A stretch of DNA of 29,673 nucleotides from an uncultured Oscillospiraceae bacterium (GTDB taxonomy: Bacteria; Bacillota; Clostridia; Oscillospirales; Ruminococcaceae): assembly GCA_950097605.1 (NCBI GenBank), contig CATNEU010000001.1, positions 1-29,673 on the forward strand, given 5' to 3'. The translations under genes were made by a program, and so were the position numbers. Below the pieces are notes generated by a model. The model made no database searches. It saw only the letters and a list, made by a program, of their open reading frames with translations, and was not told where the DNA came from. Shown here piece after piece: positions 8,384 to 17,967 of this stretch (positions are counted from its first letter, which is position 1; each line of letters starts with the position of its first letter).

Positions 8384-9160
8384 ATGATTTTGGCAGTCGA
8401 CATCGGCAATACCAATATTTCTGTAGGCGGATTTAAGGATGAGGGGCTAATCTTTGCCGCAAGGATCGCTACCGAGCTCTGCAAATCCGACCAACAGTAT
8501 GCCTGCGAACTGGCGAACATCTTCGGCCTCAACCAAATCAGCCACGAACCCCGCGGAGGCGCTGCGATTTGTTCGGTCGTACCCTCTCTGACAGACGTGC
8601 TGGCAGACGCCGTGCAACTGCTCGGATACGGGCCGGTCGTCAAGGTGGGGCCCGGTGTGAAAACCGGCCTCAACATCAAGCGGGACAATCCCGCCAGCAC
8701 CGGCTGCGATATGGTCTGCAGCGCCGTCGGTGCGCTCGCCGCGTATGCGCTGCCCTGCATCATCATCGACATGGGGACCGCAACCACCATCTCGGCGCTC
8801 GACCGCACCGGCACGCTTGCCGGCGCTTCGATCCTGCCGGGCGTGCGGATCTCCCTGGATGCACTGCGGGGCCACGCCGCCCTGCTGCCGGATGTGGAAA
8901 TCGAGCCGCCGTCCCAGCTCATCGGCAAAAACACCGCCGATTCCATGAAATCGGGGATCGTTTACGGCGCCGCCAGCATGCTCGACGGCATGGTGGCCCG
9001 CTTTGAGCACGAGCTGGGCGGCCCCTGCACCGCCGTGGCGACGGGCGGCCTTGCGGGCCGGATCGTCCCCTACTGCAAGCGGGATATCCTGCTCGACGAA
9101 ACCCTGACGCTGCAGGGGCTCCACCGCATCTTTTTAAAGAACAAAGGACATCGGGAATAG
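8384..9160 (+). CDS. coaX: Type III pantothenate kinase
   Basis: AVDIGNTN, CSVVP, IIIDMGTATT, GASILPG and ATGGLA motifs. Confidence 0.93.
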   Translation: MILAVDIGNTNISVGGFKDEGLIFAARIATELCKSDQQYACELANIFGLNQISHEPRGGAAICSVVPSLTDVLADAVQLLGYGPVVKVGPGVKTGLNIKRDNPASTGCDMVCSAVGALAAYALPCIIIDMGTATTISALDRTGTLAGASILPGVRISLDALRGHAALLPDVEIEPPSQLIGKNTADSMKSGIVYGAASMLDGMVARFEHELGGPCTAVATGGLAGRIVPYCKRDILLDETLTLQGLHRIFLKNKGHRE

Positions 9161-9215
9161 CGCCGCATAATACGCTGCATCCTGCCATACAGGAGCGGCA
9201 GTAGGAGGAATTCTC

Positions 9216-9857
9216 ATGTCAAACGCATCTCAAAAGACCAGAAAGCTTGTCATTCTGGCGCTCTTCACAGCCATCATTGTGCTGTTCTCGTTCACCCCGC
9301 TGGGCTATATTCCGCTGGGGTTCATGCGCGCAACCACCATCCACATTCCGGTCATCATCGGCGCAATCCTGATGGGGCCTGCGGCGGGCGCGTTTCTGGG
9401 CGGTGTTTTCGGTCTGACCAGCTTCATCAACAACACCTTCAATCCGATCATCACCTCGTTTGTATTCACCCCGGTCTACAGCCTGGGCGATTACCAGGGC
9501 AATTTCTGGAGCCTCGTGATCTGCTTTGTGCCGCGCATTCTGGTCGGCCTGCTCGCGGGACTTGCGTTCCGCTGGTTTGAAAAGCACAGGGTTAATCGCA
9601 CAGTCTCCTATACGATCTCCGGGCTGCTCGGCTCGTTTGTGAACACCTTCCTGGTCATGGGCGGCATCTATGTGTTCTTTGGGGATAGCTACGCCGCCGC
9701 GAAGGACGTCGCGTCCGACGCCATTTTCGGCGTGATCATGGGCGTTGTGGGCGTCAACGGCACAATTGAAGCCGTTATCGCCGCCGTGCTCACCACGGCG
9801 CTCTGCATCCCGCTCATGTCGGTTTCCAAGAAGCTCGGGTTTACCCCCACGCGCTGA
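9216..9857 (+). CDS. panT: ECF transporter S-component, pantothenate (PanT-like)
   Basis: FTPLGYIPLG, TTIHIPVIIGAI and VPRILVG motifs; adjacent to coaX. Confidence 0.8.
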   Translation: MSNASQKTRKLVILALFTAIIVLFSFTPLGYIPLGFMRATTIHIPVIIGAILMGPAAGAFLGGVFGLTSFINNTFNPIITSFVFTPVYSLGDYQGNFWSLVICFVPRILVGLLAGLAFRWFEKHRVNRTVSYTISGLLGSFVNTFLVMGGIYVFFGDSYAAAKDVASDAIFGVIMGVVGVNGTIEAVIAAVLTTALCIPLMSVSKKLGFTPTR

Positions 9858-9873
9858 GGGCAAGCCCTATAGA

Positions 9874-9929
9874 TAACAAAAGGAGAATACCCGGACTGCT
9901 GCAGTGGTCCGGGTATTCTCCTTTTGTTA
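9874..9929. terminator. Bidirectional terminator, 23-bp perfect stem
   Basis: taacaaaaggagaatacccggac-N10-gtccgggtattctccttttgtta between convergent genes. Confidence 0.85.
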
Positions 9930-9944
9930 GCAATCTCGTGCCGC

Positions 9945-10412
9945 TCATCCAACCGTGAATTCCGCGGTCAGCGTCAGCGCCTCTCCCTTTTCGGGATACA
10001 GCGTCTTGACCGCGCGATATTTGCCGTTGGTAAGCTTGCCGTAATAATATGCAATGTTAAACACGTTTTCTCTTGTGTTGCCCGGATACAGCAGATAGCC
10101 GATATCCGTCCAGGCGGCATCGTCGAGCATCGGGACCGCGTACCAGGTCCCGTCCCGATACGTCTCCAGACCGGTCTGCTCTCCATAGGTATACTGTGTT
10201 TCGGATTGATTTTGCAAAACCAGCGTCGCGCAGGCCGCGCCCGCAGAAACGCTCTCCTCCGGGATTGAAAGCGCCACGCCGCCCTCCTGCGGCTGGGCGG
10301 AGGAAAGGCTGGACTTTTGCAGGCTGCTCGTGTCCGTGTCGCCCGCGGCGGCGCAACCGGTCATCGCGGCCGCCAGGCAGAGCAGAACGGCTGCAAGAAA
10401 CCAATTTTTCAT
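9945..10412 (-). CDS. Lipoprotein with a bacterial Ig-like domain
   Basis: Lipobox-like AMTGC after a hydrophobic stretch, a Ser-rich linker, then a beta-rich domain (TLVLQNQS..YTYG...LE...G.WY...Y.AVK). Confidence 0.65.
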   Translation of the reverse strand: MKNWFLAAVLLCLAAAMTGCAAAGDTDTSSLQKSSLSSAQPQEGGVALSIPEESVSAGAACATLVLQNQSETQYTYGEQTGLETYRDGTWYAVPMLDDAAWTDIGYLLYPGNTRENVFNIAYYYGKLTNGKYRAVKTLYPEKGEALTLTAEFTVG

Positions 10413-10558
10413 TCCAACATCCCCTTCCCCATTTGCTATCCACAGGGCCGCTCCTGCAAAGCCAGACAGTCCTGTACTGTTTGTAGTGTACCACAGGCGG
10501 TTGGATTATATGTCAAGATTCTCTGAACAATGAGGCCCTATTTTATGACGAGTACACG

Positions 10559-10603
10559 AAAAGCCGCATCATGTCCGGAATCTTCCGGCCATAATACGGC
10601 TTT
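10559..10603 (-). terminator. Probable terminator of the fru operon
   Basis: aaagccg...cggcttt(t) arms with an inner ccgga stem, just after the HPr stop. Confidence 0.5.
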
Positions 10604-10622
10604 CTGGTGCATCCATTGCACG

Positions 10623-10886
10623 TTAAAGGTTTTCTGCAAAAAATTTCTGCAACTCCTCGCAGGCCTTCTGCTCGGTATCGCCCTCGATCACAATGCGGAC
10701 TTCCTCGCCCTGCTTCACACCAAGGCCCATGACGGCAAGCAGGCGTTTTGCATCGGCGCTTTTGTCGCCCTTCCAGATGGTGATTGAGTCGCCGTACGCT
10801 TTGGTCTGCTTGACCAATAGGCCCGCCGGCCTCGCATGCATGCCCTGGCTGTCCGTGATCGTATAGGTAAATTCTTTCATGTCCAT
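10623..10886 (-). CDS. HPr-family phosphocarrier (fructose-operon paralog)
   Basis: GMHARPA His15 motif, 87 aa, last gene of the fru operon. Confidence 0.92.
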   Translation of the reverse strand: MDMKEFTYTITDSQGMHARPAGLLVKQTKAYGDSITIWKGDKSADAKRLLAVMGLGVKQGEEVRIVIEGDTEQKACEELQKFFAENL

Positions 10887-10928
10887 TCTCCTTTTTGTTG
10901 GAATCCTGTCATCCGGAGGGGCGCGTTT

Positions 10929-12849
10929 TTACGCCTTCTGCCGGATCGGACGTTTTAAAATGGCGAGCAACGCCATGCCCACAACGGAACCGATGACCAG
11001 CGCCGCGAGATACAGCATGGGATGGCCGATGACCGGCGTGACGAAAATGCCGCCGTGCGGCGCGCGAAGCGTGCACCCAAAGAGCATCGACAGGCCGCCG
11101 GCCACCGCCGCGCCCGCGACGCTCGCCGGGATCACCCGCAGCGGGTCTGCGGCGGCAAACGGGATGGCGCCCTCTGTGATAAACGATAGTCCCATTATAT
11201 AGTTGGTCAGACCGGATTGTCTTTCTTTTTTTGTGAACCGATTTTTAAAGAATGTCGTACAGAGTGCGATTGCAAGCGGCGGAACCATGCCGCCAATCAT
11301 CACGGCGGCCATAATCTCAAACTGGCCGTTTGCAATCGCCGCCGTGCCAAATACATACGCCGCCTTGTTAAACGGCCCGCCCATATCAATCGCCATCATG
11401 CCGCCCAGCAGGACGCCCAGCAACACCCGGCTGCTCTCGCCCATGCTGCCAAGCGCCCGGCTCATCCAATCGTTGAGCGCGCTCACAGGCGGGTTGATGA
11501 TAAACACGCAGAGCGCGCCGATGAGCAGGATGCCGATAACTGGATAGAGCAGCACCGGTTTGATGCCCTCCAGGCTGGCCGGCAGCTTGTCGAACAGCTT
11601 CCGCAGCCCGGCCACGAGATAGCCCGCCGCGAAGCCCGCGAGCAGCGCGCCCAGAAAGCCCGAGCCGCCGTTTGCGCACAGCATGCCGCCCACAAAGCCG
11701 ACTGCAAGCGCCGGGCGGTCCCCAATGCTCATTGCGATAAACCCGGAGAGCACCGGCAGCATGAAACCGAAAGCCGTATCCCCCACCGTCTTGAGAAACG
11801 CCGCAAACGGCGTGTTCTTACCGAAGTTGGCGGGGTTGATTTCATAGTTGTCGAATAAAAACGCCAGCGCGATCAGGATGCCGCCGCCGATGACGAACGG
11901 CAGCATATGCGAAACGCCGTTCATGAGGTGCTTGTAAATCCGGCGGCCGGCGCTCTCGTGTTCACCGGTTCCGCTGTCCGCCGCGTCTCCGCGTGTCCGG
12001 CTGTGGTAGACCGGCACGCCGCCGCTGGCCGCCTCCTCGAGCAGCGCGCCGGCTTTGTTGATGCCGTTTGCGACCTTGGTAATCAGCACCGGTTTGCCGT
12101 CGAACCGCTCCATCTCAATGTTTTTGTCGGCTGCGACAATGATGCAGTCGCAGTCCGCAATCTCCTGTTTGGTCAGCACGTTTTTGGCGCCGCCCGAGCC
12201 GTCGGTTTCCACCTTGATCGAAATTCCCAGCTCCCTCGCTTTGCTTTCCAGGCTCTCGGCGGCCATATAGGTGTGCGCGATGCCGGTTGGGCAGGCCGTT
12301 ACGGCGAGCAGGCGGTATCCGCCGTTTTGTTCCGGCTTCTTTTGCGCCGCCGTTCCCGTCTGCCCGGCGGGCGCCTCACCGAACTTTGCCTGCTCCGCCT
12401 CGTCCACCGCGCGCAGGAACGCACGCTTATCGGGCGCGGCAATCAGTTTGTTCCGGAAATCCTCGTCCATCAGCAGCACGCTCAGCCGGGCCAAAACGTC
12501 AAGGTGCACGTTTTCCTTTGTGTCCGGCGCGGCGATCAGAAAAATCAGATAGGCCGGTTCGCCGTCTAGACAGTCGTAGTCCACACCGTCTTTCACGACC
12601 ATCGCGGCAAGCCCCGGCGCTTTGACCGCATCGGTCTTGGCGTGCGGAATCGCAACGCCCTCGCCGATGCCCGTCGAACCCTCCTCCTCGCGCGCGAGCA
12701 CCGCCTGTTTATACCGCTCCACATCGCTCAGTTTACCGGTTGCGTCCATCAGCGCCACCATCCGGTCGATGGCCTCCCGTTTGTCCGCCGCCCGTCCGTT
12801 TAATGCAATACCGTTTTCCTGCAACAAATCGGTGATCCGCATCGTCATC
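10929..12849 (-). CDS. fruA: PTS fructose-specific IIABC
   Basis: IIA GVAIPHAK, IIB TACPTGIAHTYMAAE, IIC HLMNGVSHMLPFV and DMGGPFNKAAY. Start at ATG 12849 or 12843. Confidence 0.95.
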
Positions 12850-12861
12850 CGTCTCCTCTCC

Positions 12862-13770
12862 TCATGCACCCAGTGTTTGCAGCAACTTCAAAACTTCCTC
12901 TTTGGTGGCCAATTGCTCGGAAAAGGCGCTCGCGCTTCCCGCCGCAAGCCCCATCCGGAATGCGTGCCGGTAGTCCTGCGTTTCCAAATAGCCCGCCAGG
13001 AATCCCGCGACCATCGAATCTCCCGCGCCGGTGGAATTGACCACCTTTCCGCGCGGCGGCAGGCTGTACAGGGTCTGCCCGTCCTCGGTCGCCAGCAGCG
13101 CGCCGTCTCCCGCCATCGAAACCAGCACGTTGCGCGCACCCTTCTCCTGCAGCCGCTTTGCGTGCGCGGCAATTTCCTCGGGCGTGCGCAGCGTCTTGTC
13201 AAACAGCTCTCCGAGCTCGTGGTGGTTTGGCTTGATTAAAAACGGGCGGTAGGCCAGCGATCCCAGCAGCAGTTCCCCCGTCGCGTCCACAACCGCATCG
13301 ACCCCGCGCCCTGCCAGCCGTTTTTGCATGGTCTGGTAGAGATCCGGCGGCAGCGAGCCCGGAATGCTGCCCGCCAGCACGACGATGTCCCCGCCGGTCA
13401 GCCTGTCGAGCTTTTCAAACAGCGCCTGCAGCGCGTGCGCGGGAATCTCGGGACCCGCGCCGTTGATCTCGCTCTCCTGGTCGGATTTGAGCTTGACGTT
13501 GATGCGTGAGCATCCGGTTTCAAGGCGGATAAAGTCGGTTCTGCACCCATATGCCCGGACGCCCCGTTCGATCTCACTGCCCGTGAAGCCCGCGACAAAT
13601 CCCAGCGCCACGCTTTCGACTCCCAGATTTTTGAGCACCCAGGAGACGTTGACGCCCTTTCCGCCATAGAGCACCTCCTCCGACCGCGTCCGGTTCACAG
13701 CGCCGGGAACAAAGTGCTCCACCCGGACAATATAATCCAGCGAAGGGTTGCATGTTACGGTGTATATCAT
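12862..13770 (-). CDS. fruK: 1-phosphofructokinase (PfkB family)
   Basis: MIYTVTCNPSLDY, GGKGVNVS, IKPNHHEL and NSTGAGDSMVAG motifs. Confidence 0.95.
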   Translation of the reverse strand: MIYTVTCNPSLDYIVRVEHFVPGAVNRTRSEEVLYGGKGVNVSWVLKNLGVESVALGFVAGFTGSEIERGVRAYGCRTDFIRLETGCSRINVKLKSDQESEINGAGPEIPAHALQALFEKLDRLTGGDIVVLAGSIPGSLPPDLYQTMQKRLAGRGVDAVVDATGELLLGSLAYRPFLIKPNHHELGELFDKTLRTPEEIAAHAKRLQEKGARNVLVSMAGDGALLATEDGQTLYSLPPRGKVVNSTGAGDSMVAGFLAGYLETQDYRHAFRMGLAAGSASAFSEQLATKEEVLKLLQTLGA

Positions 13771-14519
13771 GTGCGGTCAACCTCCCATACATTGGTATAG
13801 CCCTGTAGTTCCTGTTCCTCCAGCCTGGTGGTGATCACCGTTGCGTCCGCGAGCTGCCCGAACGTCACGGGGGCAATCCGGCCGAACTTGGCCGCGTCGG
13901 CCAGCACAAAGCACGCACGGCATTTGCGCATCGCCTCCTGCTTGACGAGGGCCTCGGGCACGTCGGGCGTGCTATAGCCCATCTCCAGGTGGACGCCGTT
14001 GGTTCCGAAAAAGCCCTTGGTGAAGTTGTATTTCCGCAGACTTTCCAGCGCTTCGGTCCCAACGACGGCTTCGGTCGCGAGCTTGATCTCGCCGCCGAGC
14101 ACAAACGCGCGGCAGCCGTGCTGCACCAGCTTTTTGGCATGCACCGTCCCGTTTGTCACAAATACGGCGCGTTTTTCGGTGATAAACGCGAGCATCGCCT
14201 CGGTTGTGGTGCCCGCGTCGATGTACACAAAATCGTCCTTTTCGATCAGCGAAGCCGCAAACCGGCCGATGCGCTTTTTTTCGTCGGCGTGCAGCTCCTG
14301 CCGGGACGCGACGTCGTCGTCCTTTGCGGCATAGTCCGCGTCGATTGCCGTCGCGCCGCCATGCACTTTGTGGAGCTTGCCCATATTGTGCAGCGCCGCC
14401 AGGTCGCGCCGGATGGTGGACTCCGAAGTGTCCAGCAGCCCGGTCAGCTCGGCAACCGTGACGGCGGGTTTCTCCACCAGTATTTTTAGTATGGCCGCAA
14501 ATCTTTCTTCCATCAGCAT
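13767..14519 (-). CDS. fruR: DeoR-family fructose operon repressor
   Basis: SESTIRRDL helix-turn-helix, VHGGA and YIDAGTT motifs; stop overlaps the fruK start; RBS GGAGAGGTG. Confidence 0.93.
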   Translation of the reverse strand: MLMEERFAAILKILVEKPAVTVAELTGLLDTSESTIRRDLAALHNMGKLHKVHGGATAIDADYAAKDDDVASRQELHADEKKRIGRFAASLIEKDDFVYIDAGTTTEAMLAFITEKRAVFVTNGTVHAKKLVQHGCRAFVLGGEIKLATEAVVGTEALESLRKYNFTKGFFGTNGVHLEMGYSTPDVPEALVKQEAMRKCRACFVLADAAKFGRIAPVTFGQLADATVITTRLEEQELQGYTNVWEVDRT

Positions 14520-14546
14520 CCGGATCACCTCTCCTGTTCTATTTTG

Positions 14547-14575
14547 ATGATACCACCACTTTCAGCTAAAATCAA
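14547..14575 (-). promoter_or_regulatory. fru operon promoter
   Basis: TTGATT-17 bp-(TGg)TATCAT; the -35 overlaps the last operator repeat. Confidence 0.6.
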
Positions 14576-14608
14576 TCATATTCAATCAAAAACATTCACA
14601 AATAATCA
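14569..14608 (-). promoter_or_regulatory. FruR operator: four contiguous 10-bp direct repeats
   Basis: TGATTATTTG TGAATGTTTT TGATTGAATA TGATTGATTT, matching the known Firmicute FruR TGAWWGWTTT x4 array. Confidence 0.85.
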
Positions 14609-14814
14609 TCTGCATTTTTGGGCAAACGGAACACCCACCCGGCTTGCGGCTGGGCCGCTTTTGCATAATACGGAGACCGCACGCGGTTTCCACCACCGCT
14701 TGCACACAACCCCGCGCAAAACCAGTCAAACAGCCCCGCAAATTCCATCATCCCCACAGGTAAAGCCTGCACGGATTTGACCCAAACCATGCAAAGCAGC
14801 CGCCGACAATACGC

Positions 14815-14864
14815 AAAAAAGCCGCGAAATCCACCGGGCCGCACCCGGTTGACACGCGGCTTTT
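14815..14864 (-). terminator. Terminator after arsC
   Basis: aaaagccgcg...cgcggctttt arms with an inner accggg/cccggt stem and a T-tract on the minus strand. Confidence 0.6.
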
Positions 14865-14889
14865 CGTCTTTTGATGGATGTGGGCCGGT

Positions 14890-15252
14890 CTATTCGCCCT
14901 TGCACCGGGCCTCCCACTCGTTTTGCTTGAACCCGACCAGCACGAAGTCCTCTCCCACTGCAAGCGGCCGTTTGACCAGCATGCCGTTCGAGGCCAGCAG
15001 CGCGAGTTGCTCATCCTCGCTCATTCCAGGCAACCTGTCCTTGAGTTCCAAGGCGCGGTAGACCTGCCCGCTCGTGTTGAAAAAGCGCTTGAGCGGCAGC
15101 CCGCTGCGCGCCTGCCAGTTGCGCAGTTCCTCGACGGTGGGCGGCTGCTCCACAATGTGCCGGCCGTCAAATGCAACGCCCTGCGCCTCCAGCCAGCCCT
15201 TTGCCTTGCGGCAAGTGCTGCATTTGGGGTATTCCACAAACAAAATCCTCAT
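14890..15252 (-). CDS. ArsC/Spx/MgsR-family protein (CxxC)
   Basis: YPKCSTCRKA, FFNTSG and GMLVKRP motifs; RBS AGGAGG before ATG 15252. Confidence 0.88.
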   Translation of the reverse strand: MRILFVEYPKCSTCRKAKGWLEAQGVAFDGRHIVEQPPTVEELRNWQARSGLPLKRFFNTSGQVYRALELKDRLPGMSEDEQLALLASNGMLVKRPLAVGEDFVLVGFKQNEWEARCKGE

Positions 15253-15467
15253 GACGGTTCCTCCTTTTCGTCCGGCAGAACGGCCTGCACCCGCCCCACC
15301 TGGTCCCCCTCGCACAGCATCACCTTAATGCCGTGCGGATGGGTGGCGCTGTTGGTCAAAATCCGTTTTACATGGCCGCGCGTGCGCTTGCCGCTGCGCT
15401 GGTCCGCTTTGAGAACGATGTCCACGCAGGCGCCGATCCGGATGTCGCTCCGATTTTTTCCGTCCAA
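15249..15467 (-). CDS. ywbE: YwbE (DUF2196) family protein
   Basis: VDIVLKADQRSGKRTRGHVKRILT.SATHPHGIKVML..G.VGRVQ; TTG start 7 nt after GGAGGT. Confidence 0.85.
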   Translation of the reverse strand: MDGKNRSDIRIGACVDIVLKADQRSGKRTRGHVKRILTNSATHPHGIKVMLCEGDQVGRVQAVLPDEKEEPS

Positions 15468-15471
15468 GCCG

Positions 15472-16098
15472 TTACCTCCCGCTTTCATGCGCGCTAGGAC
15501 CGCAGCCAAACACCTTTACCCGGTTCTGAATCGGCTCGAAGGACTTAGGACCCGGCGCGGCTTCCGGCGTGCCGAACGGCATTTGGGCAATCATCCGCCA
15601 GCTCTCGGGCAGCTCCCAGCGCGCACGCACCCGCTCGTCGATCAGCGGATTGTAGTGCTGCAAGGTGGCGCCCAGCCCCGCTAGTTCCAGCAGAGTCCAA
15701 ACCGCAAACTGCAACATCCCGTTTGCCTGCTGGGCCCATACAGGGAAGTGATCGCTGTATTGGGCATACTGTGCCGCAAACGACCGCGTGACCGAATCGT
15801 CATCGAAAAACAGCACGGTGCCGTGCCCTGCCGCAAAGCCCGCGAGCTTTTGCGCCGTTTGGGCAAACTGCTCCGCGGGTACGACCTCGCGCAGGCAGTC
15901 CTCCGCAATTTTCCAAAGTGCATGGTGCTCGTCCCCCAGCAGCAGCACGGCCCGGCTGCTCTGCATGTGGAACGCCGAGGGCGTGTATTGCACCGCCTCC
16001 TGCACCAGCCTGCGCAGCGCCGCGTCGTCAACCGGGGAACCGCCGCCGATTGCATAGATGCTCCGGCGTGTTTTGATCGCGTTTAAAAAATTTTCCAT
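15472..16098 (-). CDS. Nitroreductase-family protein (Frm2/Hbn1-like)
   Basis: RRSIYAI, TPSAFHMQSSRAV, GTVLFFDD, LGATLQHYNPLID and AQMPFG motifs. Confidence 0.88.
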   Translation of the reverse strand: MENFLNAIKTRRSIYAIGGGSPVDDAALRRLVQEAVQYTPSAFHMQSSRAVLLLGDEHHALWKIAEDCLREVVPAEQFAQTAQKLAGFAAGHGTVLFFDDDSVTRSFAAQYAQYSDHFPVWAQQANGMLQFAVWTLLELAGLGATLQHYNPLIDERVRARWELPESWRMIAQMPFGTPEAAPGPKSFEPIQNRVKVFGCGPSAHESGR

Positions 16099-16314
16099 AA
16101 TTTTGCCTCCTCGCTATGCGCTTGCATCGCCGGCCGCTTTGACAGGCCGGGCAATGCACTGTATACTCTATCAGTATGCACGGACGGATGCTGCCCATGC
16201 ACCTACCGCCGGTTTCATTTATACTACCACTGTCCACTTTCTGTGTCAATCGTGTGCGTATGCACGGCCTATCCACGCCGCAATACGCCGCAGGAAAAAA
16301 TATTGATTTCCCTC

Positions 16315-16345
16315 TTGACTTTCCCCTTAGGGGAACGTGTATAGT
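16315..16345 (+). promoter_or_regulatory. MerR-type promoter/operator (19-bp spacer with dyad)
   Basis: TTGACT-19 bp-TATAGT; the spacer contains TTCCCCT-T-AGGGGAA. Confidence 0.85.
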
Positions 16346-16427
16346 GGATACATGGACAGGGGGCGCCCAACCTGCCCGCACACAAGCATGTTGTTCCTGC
16401 CATACCGCAGGAGAAATGGAGAATTGT

Positions 16428-17240
16428 ATGTACAGTATCGGAATGTTTTCCCAGATCTGCCGCGTGACCACCAAGACGCTGCGCCACTACGATGAAATCG
16501 GTCTGCTGCGGCCCTGCCATACCGACGAGCAAACGGGCTATCGCTACTATACCAGCGCGCAGCTCGCGCCCATGCACCGCATCCTCTCGCTCAAGCAGAT
16601 GGGTTTTTCGCTGCAGGAGATCCGGGCGATTTTAGAGGGCGGCCCCGCCGTGGAAGCCATGCTCGCCGCCAAACAGCGCGAGCTTTCCGCCCAGATCGAC
16701 GACGCGCGCCACCGGCTGCTGCTGATCGAAAACTTTCTGAGCTGTGGGAAAGGAGCCGCTATGAACAACCGCTATACCGCAACCATCAAACAGCTTCCCG
16801 AAGTCACCGTTGCCTCGATCCGCCGCATCCTGCCGGACTACAGCGCCTTAAACGACGTGTATCCAAACGTGCTGGGCCCTGAAATGGAGCGCCTCGGCTG
16901 CCGCTGCGCGCAGCCCGACTACTGCTTCAACCTCTATCACGACGGCGAGTATAAAGACCACGACATCGACGTGGAAATCTGCCAGGCCGTCACCGAGAAG
17001 AAGGCGGACAGCGAACTTCTAAAGTTTAAAACCCTCGCCCCCGTCACGGCTGTTTGCGTGCTGCACAAGGGACCCTATGCCCTGCTTGGCGACGCCTACG
17101 CCTTTGCGCTCGACTGGGTCCGCCAGAACGGCTACCGCGTGTGCGGCATCCCGCGCGAGAGCTATATCGACGGCATCTGGAACAAGGAGTCGGAAAACGA
17201 CTATCTGACCGAACTACAGTTCCCGGTTGAGACCGCCTGA
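16428..17240 (+). CDS. MerR-family regulator with a GyrI-like effector domain (BmrR/BltR type)
   Basis: MYSIGMFSQICRVTTKTLRHYDEIGLL.P...D..TGYRYY, LKQMGFSL.EI, and C-terminal HKGPY and PRESYIDG. Confidence 0.92.
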   Translation: MYSIGMFSQICRVTTKTLRHYDEIGLLRPCHTDEQTGYRYYTSAQLAPMHRILSLKQMGFSLQEIRAILEGGPAVEAMLAAKQRELSAQIDDARHRLLLIENFLSCGKGAAMNNRYTATIKQLPEVTVASIRRILPDYSALNDVYPNVLGPEMERLGCRCAQPDYCFNLYHDGEYKDHDIDVEICQAVTEKKADSELLKFKTLAPVTAVCVLHKGPYALLGDAYAFALDWVRQNGYRVCGIPRESYIDGIWNKESENDYLTELQFPVETA

Positions 17241-17260
17241 CCGCCGGAAACAACCTCCTG

Positions 17261-17300
17261 AAAAACAGCCCAAACGCATGACAGCGTTTGGGCTGTTTTT
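17261..17300. terminator. Bidirectional terminator
   Basis: aaaaacagcccaaacgc-N6-gcgtttgggctgttttt. Confidence 0.85.
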
Positions 17301-17314
17301 CTGTGCCGGCTTTT

Positions 17315-17935
17315 TTAAAATACGGCGGGCAGCTTGACGCCGCGCGCCGCAAGCGCCGCCTCGAGCTTGCCCAGGTCGCCGTCAAACACATGCCCCTCCA
17401 TGCCGCAGGCGCGCGCGCCTTCCACATTGGCGGGCAGATCGTCGATAAAAAAGCAGGTGGAGGGCGACAGACCAAATTTCGCGAAAAGCCGCCGGTAGAT
17501 CGCCGGATCCGGCTTCACGCATTTCTCAAACGCTGAAACAAGCAGCCCGTCGAACCGGCCGAACACCGGAATCCGGTGCTGATAGGCAGTAAACCGGACA
17601 CCCGCGTTGGAGCACAGCCACAGCTTGTAGCCGCTGTCTGCAAGCCGCGCCGCAAACGCGCACATCTCGGGTTTGACCGGCATGAAGTCCGGCCAGCGGT
17701 CAAATACTGTCCGGCAGCTTTCGCGCAGCCGCTCCGGCAGACGGGCACAGGCCACGCGCAGGATCTCCTCCTCCGAAATCGCGCCCGCGTCGAGCAGGGC
17801 CCACTCCTCCGACCGGAACAGTTCGGTGTAAATGCGCTGCGCGTCCTCCTCGTTTTGGGCATAGGCTCTGCAGGCTTCGAGCGGCTGATAGTCCACCAGC
17901 ACGCCGCCCATGTCAAACACAATATTGCAAATCAT
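17315..17935 (-). CDS. HAD-family phosphatase
   Basis: FDMGGVL, LCSN, KPDPAIY and FFIDDLPANV motifs. Confidence 0.9.
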   Translation of the reverse strand: MICNIVFDMGGVLVDYQPLEACRAYAQNEEDAQRIYTELFRSEEWALLDAGAISEEEILRVACARLPERLRESCRTVFDRWPDFMPVKPEMCAFAARLADSGYKLWLCSNAGVRFTAYQHRIPVFGRFDGLLVSAFEKCVKPDPAIYRRLFAKFGLSPSTCFFIDDLPANVEGARACGMEGHVFDGDLGKLEAALAARGVKLPAVF

Positions 17936-17967
17936 AGGGCCCCTCCTTGTCCTCTTTTCGCTTGCCC

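Noticed and set aside
15472-15505. Nitroreductase C-terminal extension as a frameshift or pseudogene sign
   Set aside because: All core motifs are intact; the short tail simply contains the ywbE RBS, consistent with translational coupling.
16163-16177. ATACT-N5-AGTAT palindrome upstream of the nitroreductase as an HxlR/YodB-type operator
   Set aside because: Short, spacing differs from the sites I know, and there is no cognate regulator nearby.
16176-16427. N-terminal extension of the MerR ORF
   Set aside because: It lies upstream of and across the gene's own promoter; MerR homology begins at MYSIG.
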